A stretch of 64,000 bases of DNA from a virus (Duplodnaviria > Caudoviricetes): IMG/VR virus record IMGVR_UViG_3300005656_000005, positions 1 to 64,000 of that record, one strand, 5' to 3'. This document shows positions 29,401-37,810 of this stretch, in pieces. The notes beneath the pieces are model-generated. The model searched no databases. It had not been told where the DNA came from and saw nothing but the letters and a program-made list of their open reading frames with translations. Every line of letters starts with the position of its first letter. The stretch's first letter is position 1. Made by a program: the position numbers and the translations under genes.

Positions 29401-30487
29401 GGATATTCTTTTTATCCGCAGCCATAAACTCAAACAATTCATTTTCGTGAGCATTGGTTAGGTGGTCATTCTTTGCTCTTATATCCCCGATCTTGGTGGC
29501 AATGTTTAAAATGTTATTCTTGGTATCTCCTTCGCCTTTATCTAAGGCTTCAAGGGCTTGCATGGCTTTACCATTTGGATTAAGGTGTGCAATACTTACA
29601 ATCCTTTTTGCACTGCCTTCCTGTTCGTTTTCTTTGGCTTCTTTTAGTACTGCATTATAGCTTTCTCCAGCCAGTAATTTTTTACGGTAATAGGCTGCAT
29701 TTTCAATATCGGTTTGCAGTGTACCTAACTTATTTGATTTAAGTGAAAAATCAATAGCTTCCTGTGGTGTGCCTTCAAAATAAGTTGCAGGAATTGTAGT
29801 TGCCTTTCTACGCTTCATCCCTTCCAAACGGCTATGTCCACTTAAAACATAGGTGTTCCCATCTGGATGCTTATAAACTACTATCGGCTGTAATTTATTT
29901 TTGTCAAAATTCTCTGCAACATTGTTGGCACTACGTTCTGAAAACTTATTTTTCCTTCCCTGGTATTCCTGTTCATTAGTTTTTATTTCTGAAATAGGCA
30001 CATTAACTACTTCAATGGCAGCATTTATTAATTCGTTGGCTTGGTCTATTGCACCTTCGATTTCCTTGCTGCCAATTCCTGCTGCAACTTCTGATTGCTG
30101 TTCAATAGCCTTGACATTTGGCTCTTGCTCAATGTTATCTTCTTTGGTGAGTTTGGCGACTGCGATTTTATTTTCGGCAGGATCTTCCGCAATAATGAGT
30201 TCATCTTCCGATATTTTAGTGTTTTTAATAATGTTATTATACCTATCTGTTATCTCTTTTACTTTTTCGGAAGTGTCGGGAGAAACGTATTCAGTTGGTT
30301 TAAATTTTTTAGGGTCTGGGCTTATGCTTTTTTTAAAATCCTGTAACTCTTTAAACAATACTTCATGTGCTTTTATTGCAGCCTGAATAGCTTTTTCTTT
30401 ACCGCCTTCTTTCGATAAATCTATCCCCTCAAAATATTTTTCAAGTTGTGAATCACCCTTTATATGAAGTTCTATACAGTCTGCCAT
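23480..30487 (-). CDS. Large polyvalent/virion-ejected protein, 2335 aa
   Basis: ParB-like domain (VLSGHSR), H-x-R...IEELQSDW domain, zincin-like HEASH, C-terminal ETDPRSSDFGKI..GNTRWDIWGG domain. Confidence 0.8.
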   Translation of the reverse strand: MADCIELHIKGDSQLEKYFEGIDLSKEGGKEKAIQAAIKAHEVLFKELQDFKKSISPDPKKFKPTEYVSPDTSEKVKEITDRYNNIIKNTKISEDELIIAEDPAENKIAVAKLTKEDNIEQEPNVKAIEQQSEVAAGIGSKEIEGAIDQANELINAAIEVVNVPISEIKTNEQEYQGRKNKFSERSANNVAENFDKNKLQPIVVYKHPDGNTYVLSGHSRLEGMKRRKATTIPATYFEGTPQEAIDFSLKSNKLGTLQTDIENAAYYRKKLLAGESYNAVLKEAKENEQEGSAKRIVSIAHLNPNGKAMQALEALDKGEGDTKNNILNIATKIGDIRAKNDHLTNAHENELFEFMAADKKNIPTDKDLANASNTLNRSINNAKFTPEEPLNLDRVVNKSANRIQWEKELREIEEQQTELKLAVNPSKKTGWTGLKDKAIRSLIKGENTKEAVDKAALDFENNVNGVKDAYQKQLETKRGELASVNDKLAKHLLREKDLIQGDKAQQSLFSIQSPTTQEISDMKDIVKDYVDEGTASLQDIQNDVAKELGDNSQEMKDLVEKAYNEFYKTKESTPIEVTGGVIGRVGKFLSRLFGGTAASKVFIAKDEKALMQKYDSVVKDGDSASFQMTMPNGKKATVKRVDVDVVNGFYSPLEKTINEFKGDKLPAKQWADKFKGEEAKWTGLTDWLNSQTGSVSKSDIQKFLKENRIEVVEVVKGGKIGDEKSNAEKLEDIRNELRSLGYGMSADMSGDWFVQNKKGEDIYDDAEYEALPARVKELAEQHYEISEISDGGRSNDESDPKYSGYQLPGEKTNYKEVLITMPEKAIEVSSMSFERWYADEKRRGNYLTELEDLSDAALTLVKKSFEKDKERYKGIPQQIGDRVFKSNHWSEPNILAHVRMNTRLDAEGKKVLFIEELQSDWGEVGRKKGFDKGGNFKIVPERGGFQIYDAQGDTWGLLAKTKEEAQGMVNDYMSNNSKTTLIPSAPFVTDTNAWTKLAFKVALKEAVKQGADKIAWTTGEQQAERYDLSKQVDYIQRHAENRVNEEDNTIDITISLKAGGIHALTVDKATGKVAQQKSPGVSPEVYYGKPLSEVIGKDMAEKVMSAKYAAKFQGNDLKVGGEGMTGFYGNPAKNKLGIVGNVAKSLFKQEPKTVTINKGKNENLTAFQYDGTQDISGMPGEDVVEKGDWIVKDPSGFMMAVGGNSASEAIAEFKSAAIDTQTKTGEINESTQHSVDITPEMKEQVETGLPMFMKSPDGKILGFSHDGKIYLNGAEINTNTPIHEASHIWTEWAKLNNTEVYNRGMQLTENSKYLKEVRNNEFYKAEASKLGSEGSKEYSDYMKHEALAMAIGDKGAQFVGETRKKDFKEWLNNLWNKIKAAAGFKDITAAELQNLTFDEFTKRAAADILRDEEQEQPKPKEAKPKREPVEGEGELTGITHAETDAVAAELGLPTYDTKPETMAEWDAEVDKRIKEDTQAISKMLNKLKSGVEADKYDQRMMMRYLASLKARINVSPTNELLNEYKEAKDLSDIMGGREVAKSLVARKGLIPVDDSMAGMLVQEIELNQNAPLTEKQKEQVIKEYEEIKAAEAAYNEKISKLESDDTKKESIEVVKKTKISSKKTKKTHDDYVAERKKIEESISEKLKKARGEFNVTPIPYAKELFAIAPDVTRLMKSYVEEGISKLGDIITNIQQELQAYIPQITEQDVHDIIAGNYNGKRKTRNEISAAIFDLREEAKLITRLSNLINGIEPTNERQKIKRNQEIESLRNKIKEFGNEKREAANKIKEAQKEEERLIREFEKEQSKIEKERLKKATQEQKERIRELGKKTPEEIALQTFKTRTANKIKELENDLATGNFDIPIKKDPIKLDKEALDLKDKMVKLKMDRQLRIIKQQQQNLSNWEKAQKGVAEIFNIPRTLMTIVDYSAMLRQGIVQTISHPSLVFNVGMQDGKIKLGGAAADMIKAGVSQKMYDRWFFDLKETPRFALMEESGLGITDSTNPLLSAREEGFMSSLAEKIPIIGKTLNIGKVKIPGTNLVKGSERSYSMFLNKMRVDVFNRFADAMQERGLTFENSPEQYKQMADYVNNSTGRGNVGEKLNKIAPLLNSLFFSPRLIASRLNMLTYLAQPRFYKTVPKEVREAYFKDMGKFIGLGMLVLGLFSFAGGEDDDEDKITVETDPRSSDFGKIKQGNTRWDIWGGFQQYVRVAAQAISGQRKSANSGKIFDLTGEGPFGKTRADIILSFARGKLAPVPAMAIDMFSGRTTIGDKVVMNWGAKEDDKEVSVDRYLKEHLTPLVFTGLMEAIKDQGVKAIFTVGVTSIFGVGTQTYDLNKK

Positions 30488-30489
30488 TT

Positions 30490-31350
30490 CTAAATTATAA
30501 AGTGTTTTAAAGTTAGTTCTACTATCGCCACTATATCACTATCTTCTGCTAATATACGCTCTCTTTGTTGACGTTGCTTTTTTTCTGCATCATATTGACT
30601 TTGATTTACTCCTAACCCACCACTTCCACTTGTTGAACCTCCAGGTGGTGTTGGTGTAACTATTATATCATCAATAAGGGTTAGGTTATCTTCTATTTCC
30701 AACCCAATCTCCTTAACCAACAAATCAGTTAATATCAAAGAATCTGTTTTACTCAACCCGATCTGATTACTTATTTCATCAGAAAGGGTAATGGCATCGG
30801 ATAATGATATAGCAAACTGTCTTGCTACATTTATCACATCCATTAATACTATCGTATCATCAATGTTAAGTTCAAAACGCTTAACGATAGCATCTGTCAA
30901 TGAAACTGTATCACTCTGGCTTAGTGTAACAGTTTTTGCAATGGCATCTGAAAGCGTTACGGTATCTGTCTTGGATAACCCGATATTTTTAATAACTGAA
31001 TCAGCAAGCGTAACTGAATCCGATTTACTTAACCCGGTTTCCTTTGCAATAGCATCACTTAATGTTACTATGTCCGATTTTGAAAGAACTATTTGTTTTG
31101 CTATATCATCTGATAGCGTAACAGCATCACCTAAACTTATATTGTATGTCGTTCCACCCCCCCCTGCAAGTTCAAAGTTTATATCAGGGAAAACAGGCTG
31201 TGTATAAACCGATAACGCAAAATCAACAGAACTTAAAACAGGTTGAGTATATACCGTTAAAGCAGATTCATAAGGGGATATATCCGGTTGCGTATAAGCG
31301 GATAAATCAAAATCTACTGCGTTTAACGCTGGTGGTATATATTCTGCCAC
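30490..31350 (-). CDS. Repeat-containing structural protein
   Basis: About 9 repeats of about 18 aa (DxVTLSDxIxKxxxLSKx) plus N-terminal YTQP repeats. Confidence 0.65.
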   Translation of the reverse strand: MAEYIPPALNAVDFDLSAYTQPDISPYESALTVYTQPVLSSVDFALSVYTQPVFPDINFELAGGGGTTYNISLGDAVTLSDDIAKQIVLSKSDIVTLSDAIAKETGLSKSDSVTLADSVIKNIGLSKTDTVTLSDAIAKTVTLSQSDTVSLTDAIVKRFELNIDDTIVLMDVINVARQFAISLSDAITLSDEISNQIGLSKTDSLILTDLLVKEIGLEIEDNLTLIDDIIVTPTPPGGSTSGSGGLGVNQSQYDAEKKQRQQRERILAEDSDIVAIVELTLKHFII

Positions 31351-31351
31351 A

Positions 31352-32128
31352 TTATTCTAAATAAGGACTTCCCGGTGCTGTATAATAGGTTGCCCCTGAT
31401 TTATACTGCACAAAAGCCGCCCCGACTTTACCTGTTTTAATTGTTGATGCCCATGTTCCACCTGCTCCTGTTACTATTTTTTCAACTAATACTTGATTAG
31501 TCATTAATTCATCATCTGCCTCAACCACTGTTACTATTGCACCGGCAACTGGAACGGCACTTAATGTTACTGTACCACTTATTGCAAAAGTAGCAATTTC
31601 ATCTTCTTCCCACATAAACTCTGTGAACCAATTAGAACTTAGTGCTGCGTTACTTGCCACCGATGCTCCAACAACTTGCACAAGAATTGATTCTCCCGGT
31701 CTGATAATAAAGTCGTGATTTTCAACAAGCAATGGGAGGATATTATTATCGGAAGCAATGACTTGCTCTACTATGGTGTGCATCCGACTGCAATACTGTT
31801 GCCATATAATATCACCTGCCGTTGCGGTTATTGGCTGTCCATCAATTATCGCTGTCCTTATTTCTACTGAATCACTTGATGATTGTGTTGTTTGCCATGC
31901 CGTTTTACTTAAAATCGCACCACCACTAATTGATGTTGCACGGCTAAGTTTCACCTGTGGCATAACCGAAGTTAAAGCAGCCAAAGTATCTATTTGGGCT
32001 GTTGCTCTCCTGATAATAATATTCACTCTTGAACCTATCTTATTGGTGATAGTACATAGGTTTTGTGTAGTGCTATTATTACCAATCGTGGTAGCTGACG
32101 GTATGCTTCCTTTAAATGATATTGCCAT
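31352..32128 (-). CDS. Structural protein, paralog of 32138-32671, with C-terminal Ig-like domain
   Basis: Shares VMPQVKLSRAT and WQQYC.RMHT.V.QV motifs; ends in an ISGTVT...PVAGAIV domain. Confidence 0.65.
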   Translation of the reverse strand: MAISFKGSIPSATTIGNNSTTQNLCTITNKIGSRVNIIIRRATAQIDTLAALTSVMPQVKLSRATSISGGAILSKTAWQTTQSSSDSVEIRTAIIDGQPITATAGDIIWQQYCSRMHTIVEQVIASDNNILPLLVENHDFIIRPGESILVQVVGASVASNAALSSNWFTEFMWEEDEIATFAISGTVTLSAVPVAGAIVTVVEADDELMTNQVLVEKIVTGAGGTWASTIKTGKVGAAFVQYKSGATYYTAPGSPYLE

Positions 32129-32137
32129 GTCTTATTT

Positions 32138-32671
32138 TTAATCTTCTTCCCATACTATATTACAAAACCAATGATTCGTAGCAGGGTTAGAAGCACCTGC
32201 TGAAGCAACTATTTGTATAAGTAATGCCTGATTCTGTCGAAGAATAAGGTTTTGTGTTTCTACGATAAGCGGGGCTACATTGTTATCAGGAGCAAGCACC
32301 TGACCTACTACTGTGTGCATCCGCATACAATATTGCTGCCATAGCGTTGTACCTGCTGTTGATGTAATTGCTGTTGCAACGCCACCGTCAGAAGCAGTAC
32401 CTCCCCGAATAATTGTATTTGCATTTGAAGCATTTGTGGTATCAAATTGCCCTTTTGAAATTACTGTGCCTCCTGTTGGAACGGCTGTTGCTCGTGAAAG
32501 TTTTACCTGTGGCATTACTGAAACGAGAACTGCGGTTGCATCCACCTGTACGGTAATTCGCCTGATTGTAACCAACTTTGTTGCATCAATGTTTTCAATA
32601 GTAAAAAGGTTCTGCGGTGTTGCCGCCGTACCTAATGTCCTGAATGATGCTGCTGTAAAATAACCTGCCAT
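32138..32671 (-). CDS. Structural/decoration-like protein
   Basis: 177 aa, beta-rich, paralog of downstream gene. Confidence 0.6.
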   Translation of the reverse strand: MAGYFTAASFRTLGTAATPQNLFTIENIDATKLVTIRRITVQVDATAVLVSVMPQVKLSRATAVPTGGTVISKGQFDTTNASNANTIIRGGTASDGGVATAITSTAGTTLWQQYCMRMHTVVGQVLAPDNNVAPLIVETQNLILRQNQALLIQIVASAGASNPATNHWFCNIVWEED

Positions 32672-32690
32672 AAATTTGTTTTTTTAAAAG

Positions 32691-33182
32691 TTAAGATACT
32701 GTTAAAGTCCAAGTAATTACGATACTGTCCACTGCTGTTTTATTCACCACTGCAAACGAAGCACTCATCCACATATTTACGGTATTGGCTGTTACAACAT
32801 CAAATGTTCCGGCTTCGGTTATTGCACCTGTACCAACACCTGCGCCAAATGTAGCCACCACTGTTACCACTGCCGCAGGTGCAGTTTTTGAATCAAAAGC
32901 TACTCTGGCAACCTCTGCCCCCAGTAAAGTAGCAGCGGGAGAGCCTGTGCCAATAGCCATCCATCCCATTTTTGGAAGGGTAGGTGCTGCCAATATCTGA
33001 TTAGCAACGCCATTCTTTCCGGCTGTTGTTACTGTGTTTTTTATAAACCTTTCATCTTTAAGTTTCCAGTTTTCATCAAATAGCTGAACGTGCATATTCG
33101 CATAAATACCTAAAGCAGATGCCATTCCTTTGGTAACACCCATTGAAATTTCATCTGTTAGTTTTGCATTTGACTTTATCAT
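32691..33182 (-). CDS. Tail-collar/fibre-like structural protein
   Basis: VTTAGK...MAIGTG...E..R...GTGAITEAG...VNKT..D...ITWTLT pattern of collar-fibre-type domains. Confidence 0.6.
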   Translation of the reverse strand: MIKSNAKLTDEISMGVTKGMASALGIYANMHVQLFDENWKLKDERFIKNTVTTAGKNGVANQILAAPTLPKMGWMAIGTGSPAATLLGAEVARVAFDSKTAPAAVVTVVATFGAGVGTGAITEAGTFDVVTANTVNMWMSASFAVVNKTAVDSIVITWTLTVS

Positions 33183-33185
33183 AAC

Positions 33186-33605
33186 TTATTTTTTAATTGC
33201 TATTTGATTTGCTGGTTTATAATTAACCTTTACTGATTCAGTTGCCCCGTTCCACCCTTTTACCAATACAAAACTTTCAGGTAATAATCTGTTTTCCAAT
33301 GCCTCAATTACCTTATTATTTGATGCTACTATATCCTCACATATTTTCTGTACCGAAGTTACAAATTCTTTTGGGTTTAAATCTACTTTTACCTCTGGTT
33401 TTGGAATATCCTGGATTGCTGATACTAACTTCTCCATTTTATCAGCCTGATTATTAAATGCGACCACTACTGCTTTATCATCTTTATTATTTAAAGCAGT
33501 GGCTAACCCGTTAAAAGCCTTAATCAGTGCTTTGTTACGTTTGTCAGCCTGAATATCATCAAACTCCCGTTCATCTATTTCTTCTATATCGTCAATCATA
33601 AACAT
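33186..33605 (-). CDS. Hypothetical protein
   Basis: 139-aa ORF. Confidence 0.65.
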   Translation of the reverse strand: MFMIDDIEEIDEREFDDIQADKRNKALIKAFNGLATALNNKDDKAVVVAFNNQADKMEKLVSAIQDIPKPEVKVDLNPKEFVTSVQKICEDIVASNNKVIEALENRLLPESFVLVKGWNGATESVKVNYKPANQIAIKK

Positions 33606-36600
33606 TTTATTAATGCTTCAAGTCGCTTACTTCTTTTAATTAAATCATTCTGAATATCCCGTTTGGTTTCATCCTTTTCTGTTATTCTGCTCTTTGATTT
33701 AACTTGCCTTTTTTTACCTGTCAATTCATTTAATTTTGGATCGCTCTGTTCAATAAACTTCAAACTCAAATCAGGCTTTATTACCTTCTCTATCTCTGCA
33801 TCCCTTTCTTTTTCAAGTTTGGTTATGGCTTCGGTCTTTGGTTCGGCTACCTCTCCCCCTTTACCACTACCTTCTACTACATTAGATGTTAGTGGTTCTG
33901 CTTTGGGAGTGGATAGGGATTGTTCTTTGGTTGCAAGTTCAAGTATTTCTTTTGGCACTTCTAATTCAGCACTCTCAATAATTTTTTTGGCATCATTCGC
34001 TGTCATTGCCCCTTCTTTTACAGCTTTTTCATATTTGCCATCTGCCAATGCTATGCTTATAGATAATTTACTACTTGGTAAAAACTTCCCTTCACTATGT
34101 AACTTTTCATACTCTTTTACTGTATCGTAATCTTTTTGACTGAAAAAATCTGCTTTGTTTTTAAGCAAAAATTTCATATAAGCATCTAAATCTTTTATTT
34201 CTGTATTTTCATAAACGCCGTCTTTAGCTTTTATGCCAATAGAATTAAGATACTTTTCATACAAACCGTCAGTACCGCTCCACCCCATTATCTTATTGGA
34301 TATATACCTTGCTTCGTTAAATATACCTTCCCATTTATCCCTATTTTTAACATCGTATTCAGCAATATCATACATCCATGCAGGCTTGCTATTACCCTTT
34401 AAGTCCACATCATTCCCAATGATAGATTTAGTTCCATTTTGGGTATTGCCGATACGTTTATCCATATCCTTTTCCCCATCAATATTGACAATTTCTTCAT
34501 TCTTAATACCATTTTTTTCTGTTTCATTTTTGTTTATTTTAATGTTATCTACTACTCCATCCTTACCTGATTGCTGTTCGGTAGGGGGTGGTACAACTTC
34601 TGTTGTAGCTACTTCTGGTTGCTGATTAAGTTTAGCCAGTAGCATTTTAGCGTTTTGATCTGCTACTTTAATTGCTTCTACATTTGACAGGTTATCAACT
34701 TCGGGTAAGTTTTCTTTTGCAAGAGCAAGTTTTTCCTGCATTGATAATTCACCCCACTGTTTTTTTACTTCCGCTTCTGTCTGTACTGGTTCTACATAAT
34801 TTTTCTTAAAGGCTGCTAACCTTTCTTTTTTATTGGTGGGTTGTTTTACTTCTTCCGGTTTTACTTCCGGCTGTGTGGTTTCAACTGGTTTGGCAGGGTA
34901 TAATTCAATAGCTGCGTTTGTCAATCCTTCCCCAAACTGATTTACAGTGCTATTTAAAGCCATTGTTGCCATTTCGGCTGCATCTTCACCTTCGTATGGA
35001 TTTCCTTTATCATCAAGGTTCTGTGCTTGCTGTGCTATCATTTTTAAGGCTGCTTCATCTTCCATGTTCTGAAACACTCCTAACTTACCTGTTTCTCTTG
35101 CTGCATTTAATAAATCAATGGCTTCTGCTGTAGCATCGGTTGTTATTTTTTCATCAGTTGTTTCTTCTGTGGTAGTTTCGGGTGCGACTTCTGCTACAGG
35201 TTCTACCACATTTCCAAATTCATCAATCTGAACTTTATTATCTAAAAGCTGTGTTTGTTGGCTATTAAGATTTTTTAATTTTTCATCAATCTTTTTAATT
35301 ACCGCTTCATCTTCAACTCCTTTTTTCTGTTCAATTAATAATTTCTGTGCTGTTGAATTTGCTACAAATAATTCTTTTTGTGGACGGGTTAATTCCCTGC
35401 CAATAACCTGCTCTGCTTTTTTCAGTTCCGATAATCCAACTTCTGCTGTATTAAGTAATGATATTTTACTGTTCAATTCCTGTTGATCGTAATTACCTTG
35501 CTTAAAGCCTATCATTAAAGCGTCCATTGCTTCGTCCTTGTAAACTGCTGCATTATAAATAACAGATGAAGGTGCAATATTCCTTTCTTGCTGAACATCT
35601 TTATGAACTCCCATCCCTCCAATAAGCACAGTACCAATAGCTGTTTGAATAGCAGTGTTTTTTGCATCTTCAATTGCCTTACCCACATTCATATTCGGAT
35701 CTCCAAATAACATTCTTGAACCGCTTTCAAAAAGGCTTGTGGCAGTTTCTTCCAATGTTTCTTTTCCTATGTTGGTTGCATATTTTTTACCATAATCCAG
35801 AAATTCATTTTTTGCTTTGGTTAAAAGTTGGGTAGCTAATTTATCAGTAAAACCTTCTGTTCCCATTTTAGATGCCAATTCAGAATAAGCACCTTTAACG
35901 CCTTGGATATTAAATAATTTGCTTTCAGGGAATATTTTTTCACTTGCTCCATTGGCTAAAGCAATTAAGCCTGCATAAGTTGTTCTACCTAACCCGCTTT
36001 CAATAGGTAAATCAAAAGCATCTTTATACGCCTGATCGTAACTGGTTAATGTACCACTACTCCAAAATCCTGCACCTGATGCAGCCACTTTTGAAAGACC
36101 TGCTAATCTTCCCAATCCTGCGGTTGCTGTCTGCATTAAACCTTGTCCAATAACCTGACCTGTTGTGTTAGCAATATTTTGTGCTGTGCTGGCTGCTGTA
36201 GTTAATTGTAATTCGTCATTTGCACCTACCGTTGTTGGAAATAATTCTGCTGCTTTTTTTTCTGAAAGTGCAGTAACATCATCCCTTACACCTACTATAT
36301 CTCCCAATGATTTTACAGAACTTGTAAAGACTTCTTTGATGGCTTTTATAGGTTCACCAAAGAAACTGTAATCTTTAACACCTACGCCGCTTTCTGCATC
36401 ATCAATGGCATCTTTTACCACTTGGCTATTCATATCATAGCCCTGTGCTTTTAAATGTTCTTTTAGCGTTATTCCTTTATACCCACTTTCTTCATATCCT
36501 TTTACATTCCCACTTTGTATGGCATTGAAATTATTTATATCTGCAATAACAGATTGCTTTAAAAGTATCGGATATTCTTTTTGTAAAACCTGTGGTGATT

Positions 36601-37807
36601 TGTAATCTTTTTGCTTTGATGCTATATCATCTTTTAATTGAGTAACCATTTGCTGATAAGTAACCTTTTCTTCTTCGGTAAGCGTTCCTGCATTTGCTTT
36701 TTCAGTAGCCAATTGAACTATATCGGATAAGGCAGCTTGTTTGTAAATTATGTTTTGTCTTATGGAATTATTAAGCCTGCTTTCTACTGCTGCATTTACA
36801 GAATTTAAGTTTTTGTTTTCTTCATCTTCATCCCTAAATAGTTTTCCTAACTCATTACGTCCTGATGCGTCTTTTATTCTTCTTTGTTCTTTTGCTTCTG
36901 TAATATTTTTTAGTTCGTTCTTAAAAACTAAATCCCCAATTTTTTTAACCCCGGCATCATAAGTAAGATTCCCATTAGCTACTTCTGTTTCTACTTTCTG
37001 TATAATATCTTCCCCTATTGTTGCTTTTAAAGTATTTAGAACTTTATCATTCCTGTTTTTAATAGGGTTGTAATATTGTTGCTGTGTAGCTATTAATGAT
37101 TTATCAACGTAACCTTCATCATCTTGTTCCAGCGTTCTTTTTTTGCCATTAATTACTACTTCATTAAGGGAATTAAATTCACGTTCTGTTTTTTGGTTGT
37201 AAGCGTTCTGTATTTTATCAATGTAAAGACTTGCTGTTTCCGGTGTGGCAAATACCCCATCAAAAGTATCAGATAGCCCTAAATCTGAATTGGCTTTCTT
37301 AACTAAATTATCAAGTTCTGTGGCTTTTGTTTTTTTAACGGTATCAAACTCAATCATAATACCTTTCCCGTCCCTGCCTTGTGCATACGCTTCTACTGCT
37401 TCAACTGGTTTATTTGTTGTGGTAGCAATAACCTGTAAATCTATTTGCTCTGGAGTTTTTGAATTAAGCCTTTGCTGTAATGAAGTACGGTATCCTTTTT
37501 TATCAATTATATTGGCAGGTATGGCATCATCCGGTATTTCTACTTTGCCTAAAACCTGGCTGTTGGTAATAATAGAATTATCCTTCTTTTTTTTATTTAT
37601 TTCAAAAGCGGGGTCAAGAAAATTTTCAGTAAAGTTTTCAGTTGATTTTAATTGGGGATTGGAAGTGCCAACTGTTCCACCATCGCTTCCATCTACTGAA
37701 ACGGTATCTCCAACTTTTTTTTTTACTGGGATACCAAATTCATCCACAAGTTCTGTGGATCTTTTCTTTTTAATCGGTATTCCAAATTCGTCTGCGTTAG
37801 GAAACAT
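33596..37807 (-). CDS. Internal virion/ejection protein, 1403 aa
   Basis: Large, helical, E/K-rich with central G/A-rich hydrophobic segment; follows two smaller ejection-like genes. Confidence 0.6.
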   Translation of the reverse strand: MFPNADEFGIPIKKKRSTELVDEFGIPVKKKVGDTVSVDGSDGGTVGTSNPQLKSTENFTENFLDPAFEINKKKKDNSIITNSQVLGKVEIPDDAIPANIIDKKGYRTSLQQRLNSKTPEQIDLQVIATTTNKPVEAVEAYAQGRDGKGIMIEFDTVKKTKATELDNLVKKANSDLGLSDTFDGVFATPETASLYIDKIQNAYNQKTEREFNSLNEVVINGKKRTLEQDDEGYVDKSLIATQQQYYNPIKNRNDKVLNTLKATIGEDIIQKVETEVANGNLTYDAGVKKIGDLVFKNELKNITEAKEQRRIKDASGRNELGKLFRDEDEENKNLNSVNAAVESRLNNSIRQNIIYKQAALSDIVQLATEKANAGTLTEEEKVTYQQMVTQLKDDIASKQKDYKSPQVLQKEYPILLKQSVIADINNFNAIQSGNVKGYEESGYKGITLKEHLKAQGYDMNSQVVKDAIDDAESGVGVKDYSFFGEPIKAIKEVFTSSVKSLGDIVGVRDDVTALSEKKAAELFPTTVGANDELQLTTAASTAQNIANTTGQVIGQGLMQTATAGLGRLAGLSKVAASGAGFWSSGTLTSYDQAYKDAFDLPIESGLGRTTYAGLIALANGASEKIFPESKLFNIQGVKGAYSELASKMGTEGFTDKLATQLLTKAKNEFLDYGKKYATNIGKETLEETATSLFESGSRMLFGDPNMNVGKAIEDAKNTAIQTAIGTVLIGGMGVHKDVQQERNIAPSSVIYNAAVYKDEAMDALMIGFKQGNYDQQELNSKISLLNTAEVGLSELKKAEQVIGRELTRPQKELFVANSTAQKLLIEQKKGVEDEAVIKKIDEKLKNLNSQQTQLLDNKVQIDEFGNVVEPVAEVAPETTTEETTDEKITTDATAEAIDLLNAARETGKLGVFQNMEDEAALKMIAQQAQNLDDKGNPYEGEDAAEMATMALNSTVNQFGEGLTNAAIELYPAKPVETTQPEVKPEEVKQPTNKKERLAAFKKNYVEPVQTEAEVKKQWGELSMQEKLALAKENLPEVDNLSNVEAIKVADQNAKMLLAKLNQQPEVATTEVVPPPTEQQSGKDGVVDNIKINKNETEKNGIKNEEIVNIDGEKDMDKRIGNTQNGTKSIIGNDVDLKGNSKPAWMYDIAEYDVKNRDKWEGIFNEARYISNKIMGWSGTDGLYEKYLNSIGIKAKDGVYENTEIKDLDAYMKFLLKNKADFFSQKDYDTVKEYEKLHSEGKFLPSSKLSISIALADGKYEKAVKEGAMTANDAKKIIESAELEVPKEILELATKEQSLSTPKAEPLTSNVVEGSGKGGEVAEPKTEAITKLEKERDAEIEKVIKPDLSLKFIEQSDPKLNELTGKKRQVKSKSRITEKDETKRDIQNDLIKRSKRLEALIKCL

Positions 37808-37810
37808 CTG

